Source of the DNA: Octopus vulgaris
Lineage: Eukaryota
Direction of reading: 5' to 3'
Length of the DNA: 64,000 nucleotides
Assembly (NCBI GenBank): GCA_951406725.2
Contig: OX597832.1
Location: 50,654,001-50,718,000, forward strand
Positions 55,867 to 64,000 of this stretch are shown one piece after another. The position numbers were made by a program, and so were the translations under genes. The notes below the pieces were generated by a model. That model ran no database searches. It had not been told where the DNA came from and worked only from the letters and a program-made list of their open reading frames with translations. The first letter of the stretch is position 1. Every line of letters begins with the position of its first letter.

Positions 55867-56555
55867 CTGCTGCTGTTGCTGCTGCCATCACTGTCACAAC
55901 CACCACAACAACCACCACCACTACCACCACCACCACCACCGCTGCTGCCACCACTATCACTGCCATCACCACCACCACCACTACTACTGCCACTGCTACC
56001 ACCATCACCACTAGTGCCGCTGCCACCATCACCATCACCACTGCTGCTGCCACCATCACCACCACCACCACTGCTACTGTCACCATCCTCCCTCCATCCA
56101 TCATGACCACCACTACTGCCACTGCCACCACACCATCATCCCTTCCACCATCACCTCTGCCTCCACTGCTACCACCACCCATGCTGCCATCAGCGCCTCC
56201 ACCATTACTACCACCACGACTATCACTGCCAACATCACCACCACCACCACTCTCATCCCCTCCACCCAACATCACCACCACTACTGCCACTACCACAACC
56301 ACCATCATCCCTTCCACCATCACCACTGCTACCACCTCCCATGCTGCCACTGCCACCACCACCACCACTGCCACCATTGCTGCTGCCACCATCATCACCA
56401 CTCACATCCCCTCCACCATCATCACCACCACTACTGCCACTGCCACCACCACCATCACCACTGCTGCCACAGCCATCAGCCCCTCCACCATCACCACCAC
56501 CACCACTATCATCCCCTCCACTGTCACTGCCATCACTACCGCTGCCGCCACAACT
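55867..56555. repeat. Degenerate CAC/CTG trinucleotide low-complexity tract
   Basis: Direct reading. Confidence 0.9.
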
Positions 56556-57083
56556 ATCTTCCAGGTGCCTTTCGTAGCACCTGCGTTGTTGCAAGTATTG
56601 GAGCTAGTTTTTTTTTTTATTATTGTCTGAGAATAATTTCCTCTCTTTATGCCATGGCCACTGACCTTCCTCTAAGTTAATATTAAAAAAAAACCCCCCG
56701 CCAAAAAACCCCTAACAACAACAACAACGTATAAAACAGTTTGTATGAGATAAGCTGATCCTTTAAACATTGACAACGGAACACAAATGTAGTTATATTT
56801 AAAATTGTTTAATTTATATTCTTATTGTCATTGATTTTAAAAATAAAAAAAGGGAAAATTTCATTACAAATTTTTGTCTGTAAAATGTTAAATGTTAGCA
56901 TGACAACATGTACACATAAGTTTTAAAACAAATATCTTTGAGAAAAAAAAAAAAATTTTTTTTGAAATGGAAGAAAAATAATAACAACAACAACAGTAAT
57001 TGAGATATAAAAATACAAGACTGACAGATTTCTTTTTCACAGCTAAAATGCTTCGCAAAAAAAAAATTAAAAAAATAAAATGG

Positions 57084-57499
57084 GGATCTTTTCGGTTTGA
57101 ACGGCAGTTTTTTTAAAATAATTTCCACGTAACTAAACACTTTTAAACTTCGTATACTGGTAGAACGTGTTTATAAAACATCTTTTTCTCTTGGCTTTAT
57201 TGAGAAAATTCTATAGTTTGTAAGATATTTGTTGTTGTTTTTCTTCAATTTCTGCAATTTCAACCAATCAGTGACGTCTATTGAGGTGAAAACATTCTGT
57301 GCCGTATGACTATGTCCCTCGTTTTAGAAACAGATTGGGTTTATTTACATTTCTGAAGAAAAAAAGATATCCTTCCCCCCACCCCTAACCCTAACCATAA
57401 AACATTAAAATGCAATAGATCGATACTAGGTCATAATTATGGGTGACAATTTCATATGACACTGCTAGAAAAAAACTGCCGTTCAAACCGAAAAGATCC
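57084..57499 (+). mobile_element. MITE M1, complete, TSD TAAAATGG
   Basis: TIRs and identical 8-bp flanks. Confidence 0.93.
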
Positions 57500-57676
57500 T
57501 AAAATGGGAGAAAAAAAAATCAAAATAAAATTTAAAAAAAAAATTGTTTGACTAAATCAGAGAGTAGATAGAGGAACTCTCAGATGAAAAATATTAGATG
57601 GGGAAGAAAGAAATAAGCATTGTTTTCTTTGTGTGTTTTTATTATTATTTATTAATGGAAATGTAATTCACTAGTT

Positions 57677-57853
57677 CAGTGCTCTGCAACGGGTATGCAA
57701 CGGCACACAGGTGTCCCACGAGAGGATGCTAGGTGCGACACAGTGTAACCTGAATACAATTTTTTTTTTTTAATACTTTTAGTTCAGATGGGCGACCAAA
57801 TTTTGAAAAGAATATAAGTGTACCACAAGAAAAAAAAAGGGTGTGGAGCACTG
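57677..57853. mobile_element. Old hAT-like MITE
   Basis: CAGTGCTC...GAGCACTG termini; flanks CACTAGTT / CGCTAGTT. Confidence 0.7.
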
Positions 57854-57882
57854 CGCTAGTTCCCTCTTGAAATGAAAAGTAA

Positions 57883-58301
57883 TATTTCTTTCTTTATTGC
57901 CCACAAGGGGGCTAAACGTAGAGGGGACAAACAAGGACAGACAAAGGGATTAAGTCGATTACATTGACCCCAGCGTGTAATGGTACTTATTTAATCAACC
58001 CTGAAAGGAAGAAAGGCAAAGTCAACCGTAGCAGAATTTGAACTCAGAACATAACTGCAGACAAAATACCTATTTCTTTCCTACCCACAAGAGGCTAAAC
58101 ACAGAGAGGACAAACAAGGACAGACAAACAGATTAAGTCAATTATATCGACCCCAGTGCATAGCTGGTACTTATTTAATCAACCCCAAAAGGATGAAAGG
58201 CAAAGTCAACCTCAGCGGAATTTGAACTCAGAACGTAACGGCAAATGAAATACCGCTAAACATTTCGCCCAACGTGCTAGTGATTCTGCCAGCTCGCCGC
58301 C
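57883..58301 (-). mobile_element. SINE B dimer
   Basis: Junction ACAAAATACC|TATTTCTTT on the plus strand. Confidence 0.85.
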
Positions 58302-58462
58302 TTGTGAAAAGTAATTCATGAATGACCATGGGATTGCACCAAGAAAGTTACACTCCGAGGCACGAGTCTGGGCAAGGTTGTTTTTTATGGAAGACCAGCC
58401 TCCCCCTCTCCATGCCACCGATGTTATCCAAGGGAAAGGCAAAGGCTGATACAGCTTGGCAC

Positions 58463-58935
58463 CTCCATTTAGAGCACAGTTTAAGCTATCTTTTCATGGA
58501 AGAGAGTTTAAGTTCCTATAACCTGTGTTAATTTGGTAACCCTTTAAAATGGAAGATAAGAAAGTTCATTTTCGGCACTTGATGCTTTGGGAACCAGGCA
58601 AAAATTGCTGCAGCTCGGCTGGGATGTGTTACCCCACCCTCCATATTCACCAGATATTGCTCCTTCGGATTTCCACTTATTCAGGTCTCTGCGGAATAGT
58701 CTTAATAGTAAAAATTTCAATTCCTTGGATGACGTAAAAAGATACCTTGATGAATTCTTTGCCATGAAACCACCTCAATTCTGGGAAGAGGGTATTTTTT
58801 CAAGTTAAAGGAAAGATGGAGATGCATTGTGCAACAAAATGGTTCATATTCGGTTGATTAAAAATGTAATGGCAAGTATTTATTGACCTTTTCCTTTCGT
58901 TTAAAAATCGGCATGAACTTTCCGGACAACCCAAT
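58463..58935 (+). mobile_element. Second copy of the deleted mariner, 5' end missing
   Basis: Same body and deletion junction as 43481-44047; right TIR present. Confidence 0.88.
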
Positions 58936-59005
58936 AACAAAAACACTCAGCTATGAAAGATACCATATTTACTTATGTACAAGTCATGCTATCACTTGAT
59001 TTCAA

Positions 59006-59654
59006 CCCTTTAGCATTCACATTATTCTTATTTCTTTATTGCCCAGAAGGGGCTAAATATAGAGGGGACAAACGAGGACAGACAAAGGGATTAAGTCGAT
59101 TACATCGACCCCAGTGCATAACTGGTACTTAATTTATCGATCCCGAAAGGGATGAAAGGCAAAGTCGACCTCGGCGGAATTTGAACTGAGAACACAATGG
59201 CAGACGAAATACCTATTTCTTTACTACCCACAAGGAGCTAAACACAGAGAGGACAAACAAGGACAGACAAATGGATTAAGTCGATTATATCGAACCCAGT
59301 GCGCAACTGGTACTTATTTAATCAACCCCGAAAGGATGAAAGGCAAAGTTGACCTCAGTGGAATTTGAACTCAGAACGTAGCGGTAGACCAAATACTGCT
59401 AAGCATTTCGCCCGGCGTGCTAACATTTCTGCCAGCTCGCCGCATTCAAATTATTCTGTCAAAAGTAATACTTATTTATTCACATTGTTTTGACTGAATC
59501 ATGCATTATTTCGTAGCTTTGAGATTTTGATGAGGTAACTGTTAATTTTTGGAGTGATATTGTAGGGCTGGTGTGAGAGGCCAGATCTGGCCAGTTTGAG
59601 CATAAAACAGAAAGAATATTTTGGCTGGATATGGCCGGTTTAAATGCTAAGGGG
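59006..59654. mobile_element. piggyBac-like MITE P2 interrupted by a SINE B dimer (59028-59443)
   Basis: TCAA|CCCTTTAGCATT...AATGCTAAGGGG|TTAA; SINE flanked by GCATTCA(C/A)ATTATTCT. Confidence 0.78.
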
Positions 59655-60431
59655 TTAACTGAACAAACTGGGGTTCAACTTATACACAAGGCATAGTTTG
59701 AATACAAGGAGAAAAAAATCTCGTACCAAAATTTGACACTAAATTAGGGATGTGACATACAATGAGTAAATATGGTAACATAGATTGTAGATACAGTTCA
59801 CTGCTGCAAGGAGTAGGAGCATTGTGTAATTGACAAGCGTTTCATTAGATTGCAGTGCTTAGTTAGTTCAGTTTCACTTTTGACTCTAGAGGAGGCAAGG
59901 ACCTTTCAGTCTCAGACCTTAGCTCTCACAACCTTTTGTAATTTTATTTTAATCTTGAAGACTGAATGACATGCACAATATTTCATTCAATATTAAGCCT
60001 TTTTGATGCCAATCCACTTGAGATCATACTTGGTTTTTGGGATACAATTTTGCTTTCTATTAATGTGATCTAAATTAATATCATTCAATTAAACTTTCAT
60101 GTTAATAAGTGATCTCTATATCTAATGAAACATGAACGCCCTGTTAGAACACCGAATATGGTGTTATTAAGCCTTGAAAGGTCCTCTCGCAACCTCTCAA
60201 AGCTAATAACACAGTGTTCATGGTCTTAACAAGGCATCCCTTTTTCGTTGGATATAAAGATTACCTTTGAGTTTATTGATGTTTCGTTGTGAATTCAATA
60301 GGGGCTGGCTTAACCCCCTCCCAGATGAATGCTGTTACAAGACAAGAAGAAAGATTACCTCCTGGTTTTAATACTGCTTCTATCGCTAATAATTAATTTC
60401 ATGTTAATTTATGCTACAAACATTAGCTTAA

Positions 60432-60815
60432 CCCTTTTGTTACCGTATTTATTTTGAGATGCTGTGTTTCTCTCAATTATTTTAAATATAACAAAGAATT
60501 TAGTAAAATAACTTCGTTATCATTAAGCTAGTGTTGGGAACATAAATCGGGACTAATTTGATGGAAGATTTTAATTCAAAACTTATGAAAACAAGACATT
60601 TTGTTACCATATTTCTGTTGAGATGCTCTGTGTTTCTTTCAATTGATTTTAAATATAACAAAGAATTTAGTAAAATAACTTCGTTATCATTAAGCTAGTG
60701 TTGGGAACATAAATTGGGACTAATTTGATGGAAGATTTTAATTCAAAACTTATGAAAACAAGACATTTGTACTACAGAGCTGCAGCCGGTTTCAGCCGGG
60801 TTGGTAACAAAAGGG
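60432..60815. mobile_element. piggyBac-like MITE P1 with ~165-bp internal tandem duplication
   Basis: TTAA|CCCTTTTGTTACC...GGTAACAAAAGGG|TTAA. Confidence 0.88.
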
Positions 60816-62647
60816 TTAAACAATGTTGAAGTTATTTTACTAAATTCATCGTTATTTTGAAAATTAACTGAAACAAAAGCAGCGTATTTCTACAGAAACA
60901 TGATAAGACAAGGGTGAAGTGCACCACACCCAGGTATCCACCAATGAGAGGTTATTTTTTGTAGTTATGAGGAATTCTGTGATGACGATAAATATACAAT
61001 ATAAAACAAAACAAGACAAAAAATTCAAAGGAAAAAAACAAAAAAAAAAGATTTTGACCAATATATTATTGTGATTATATATTTTGTCAAATTTAAAAAA
61101 GCAATTTACCAATAATGATTGTTAGAAGCATTCTACAACAGTCAAACATTAAAAATACTTTGTACACAAAAATTCGTTGTGTTGGATACTTTCAAACAAA
61201 TATCATCTCTTTATACAATGCATTCGAGAGGTTTACAAATGATATTATTTTCTTTCCAATCTAATATGATAAAAAATACTTATAAGAATGCATAATTGAT
61301 CTTGATTGGTTGGGCATAACAACCTTAATTGGTTGAATATAAAACGAATCTTGATTGGATGAATGTAAAATGAACCCTGATTGTTGAATGTAAATGAAAA
61401 AAAAAAAAAAGATTCCTGATTTGCAGAGTTTTTAAAAAGCAATTCTGAAGTTTAAAATATCTTTAAAACCCATTAAAAAATTAATAAAAATTAAAATTAA
61501 GTTTATTAAATTGTTTTGTAAAAGCAACTTTCATTGGAGAGTTGAAAAATATTTTTACGACAACCACATTGAATTTAACCAACATAAATCATGAGAAAAA
61601 AAGCCATTGAACGCATTTTTATTCAAGGCAAGATCGAGGTAAAAAAAGAGCCTTACAATACATACATACATACATACATATATATTTACATTCATACATA
61701 CAAGTACATACATACGTACATAAATATAACTGTACAAATCGTCTCTTAATGAGCATTTAATTTACTGCATAATCAAACATTTTTTTCATATTGACTACTC
61801 ATGAACCCCAAGACATTGTGAGCACCTCTGGTTTAGAACCATTTTATGTTGGAATTGAAAATAGCCATGTATATTTACACAACCAACACACTCACACAAA
61901 CACTTCTATTAGCAATTCTCAATGATTACCGATCACTAACATGTAAATAGATTCACACACACTCACATACATATATACATATATATATATGTATTTGTAC
62001 AATCAATAGACCACTTCAGTTCATTCAAAAAAAAAAAAAAAAATCTGCTGAATACCTTTAATTCATAATGACAATTCGTTTTTTTTTTTCCAAATACAAA
62101 TTTACAGTTTTAATGTTGATTGCATCTAACAAGATTAAAAAAACAAATTTTTTTCCAGAGTGAATTATCGTTAAACCTTGTATTAAAATATATAAATAAT
62201 ATGCTGCCTGAAAAATTATTAAAAAAAAAAAAAACTTTAAAAAATCTTAATCCACAACACAAATATTACCTGAAATTGTTTTAAAATATTTGGTATTTTT
62301 CACAATCGGACTAAAATGGCAGTTTAGGAATGGATTGAAGAGCTAATACAATCTTGTTTTTTTTCGTTTTTACTCATCTTTTTCTGAAGGGTGACAATTC
62401 AATTTTAAGGAAATTTAATTTGTAATAACATATATCCCTTAAATTTATCTTTAATAGTTTCAAAACGGCAAAGAGGTAGAAATGAGTTCTAGTGTTCTTT
62501 GAAAACACTTTTTTCTTCTTCTAGTGATTACAAGAACATCATGACAAACACTTGTAACGATGTGTAACAGAAAAACTGGGCAAACCTTTCTTTCTTCACC
62601 CATTAAAAAAATTTTTTTTGGTGTAATTGAAAAATCCATAATCTTGT

Positions 62648-63290
62648 TTAGTTCAGTTCTAATTCTGCATTACACAATTCTAAACTAATATCCCACAGAT
62701 TCTTAGCAAAATTTAAATCTTTAGCTAGTCTGCTTAAATTATCAGAAGATATAGACAAGTTTTCAAAGTACTGGCCAGAGACATTTTCAAGACTTTTGTC
62801 TACTGCCATATGTATGACGACTTTGGCACCATCCTTGGCAGATCTACCCATGTATTTGAAGAGAAGTCGGTAGATTTCAATTCGAAGTAATTCTTTACTA
62901 TTTATGGGATTATTTTTCAGTATTTCAGTCTTCACCATTCCTGGGTGTAAAGAATTAGCAGTAACTCCAGTACCTTTGAGCTTTTTAGCCAAAATCTGCG
63001 CATGTAGGATATTAGCTAATTTGCTTGTTGCATATCCAGACAATTGAGGATATTTTACTTTCCCACTGAGATCTCCTCTTTCAAAACTTGGAAGTCTTTT
63101 AACAAATATATGAGCGTGAGAACTGACATTTATGATTCGGCTTGGGGCAGACTTTTTCAGGAGGTCGAGCAATAAGTAAGTTAATAAGAAATGTCCGAGG
63201 TAGTTCACACCAAAGTATAGATCAAAATTCTGCTTTGTACATTCTTTCACCTTCACGCCAATTCCAGCATTATTGATTAATATATCTAAC
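62648..63290 (-). CDS. Terminal coding exon of a short-chain dehydrogenase/reductase, retinol dehydrogenase 11-14-like
   Basis: Open frame with LDILINNAG, FGVNYLGHFLLT, RIINVSS, catalytic YATSK and NSLHPGMVKTE; preceded by a polypyrimidine tract and TTCCAG acceptor (AG at 63292-63291, phase 2); TGxxxGxG exon lies outside the window. Confidence 0.92.
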
Positions 63291-63427
63291 CTGGAAAAAT
63301 AAAATAAAATAAAAGAATGTGAGGAAAGAGCGAATGGAATAGAATTTGTTTTCATTGGCTATTTTATACAAAAGTTATAAATCTTAAACTGATTCTATTG
63401 GTGAAAATATAGATGCTGCAGAACCAA

Positions 63428-63552
63428 AAATAATAATAATAATGATGATGATAATAATAATGATGATAATAATAATGATAATAATAATGATGATAATAAT
63501 AATGATAATAATAATAATCATAATAATGATAATAATAATAATCATAATAATG

Positions 63553-63586
<34 letters not shown>

Positions 63587-63885
63587 CGATGATAATAATA
63601 ATAATGATAATAATAATAATAATAATAATGATAATAATAATAATAATAATGATGATAATAATAATAATAATGATGATAATAATAATAATAATGATGATGA
63701 TGATAATAATAATGATGATGATAATAATAATAATAATGATGATAATAATAATAATGATGATGATAATAATAATAATGATGATAATAATAATAATAATAAT
63801 GATAATAATAATAATAATAATAATGATAATAATAATAATAATGATGATAATAATAATAATAATGATGATGATGATAATAATAATA

Positions 63886-63920
<35 letters not shown>

Positions 63921-63945
63921 AATAATATTAATAATAATAATATTT
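63428..63945. repeat. Intronic TAA/TGA microsatellite
   Basis: Direct reading. Confidence 0.97.
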
Positions 63946-64000
63946 ATTAATTTTTAAACACATATTTTATCTGTGAATTTGCATGTGTAATCTGGGAATG

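Noticed and set aside
55847-56630. Mucin-like or proline-rich protein exon
   Set aside because: Open in several frames on both strands, as expected of a degenerate CAC repeat; no clear splice sites
63291-63355. N-terminus MKTNSIPF... of the 235-aa ORF
   Set aside because: Polypyrimidine tract and AG acceptor indicate intron; the SDR cofactor-binding motif is absent, so the true start is upstream

Overview
Repeat-dominated, AT-rich animal genomic DNA. The very high microsatellite density and the SINE/MITE repertoire suggest an octopus (coleoid cephalopod), which is an inference. The only convincing host coding sequence is the last exon of a retinol-dehydrogenase-like SDR gene on the minus strand (62648-63290). 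Nearly all other listed ORFs are microsatellite artefacts or decayed transposon fragments. The rest is a nested mosaic of: several tRNA-derived SINE families; about 11 copies of a ~420-bp GG...CC MITE with 8-bp TSDs and internal TTAGGG units; piggyBac-like and hAT-like MITEs; Helitron/Helentron non-autonomous elements; mariner and maT remnants; RTE, CR1 and Dong/R4 LINE fragments; and a decayed U6 copy. The most notable hidden signal is at least eight type I hammerhead-ribozyme motifs in short (TA)n-embedded, Penelope-like elements. Their stem I covaries between copies, three copies share a non-canonical CUGUNGA core, and one cassette sits inside a SINE. All coordinates were read by eye, and boundaries of decayed elements are approximate.
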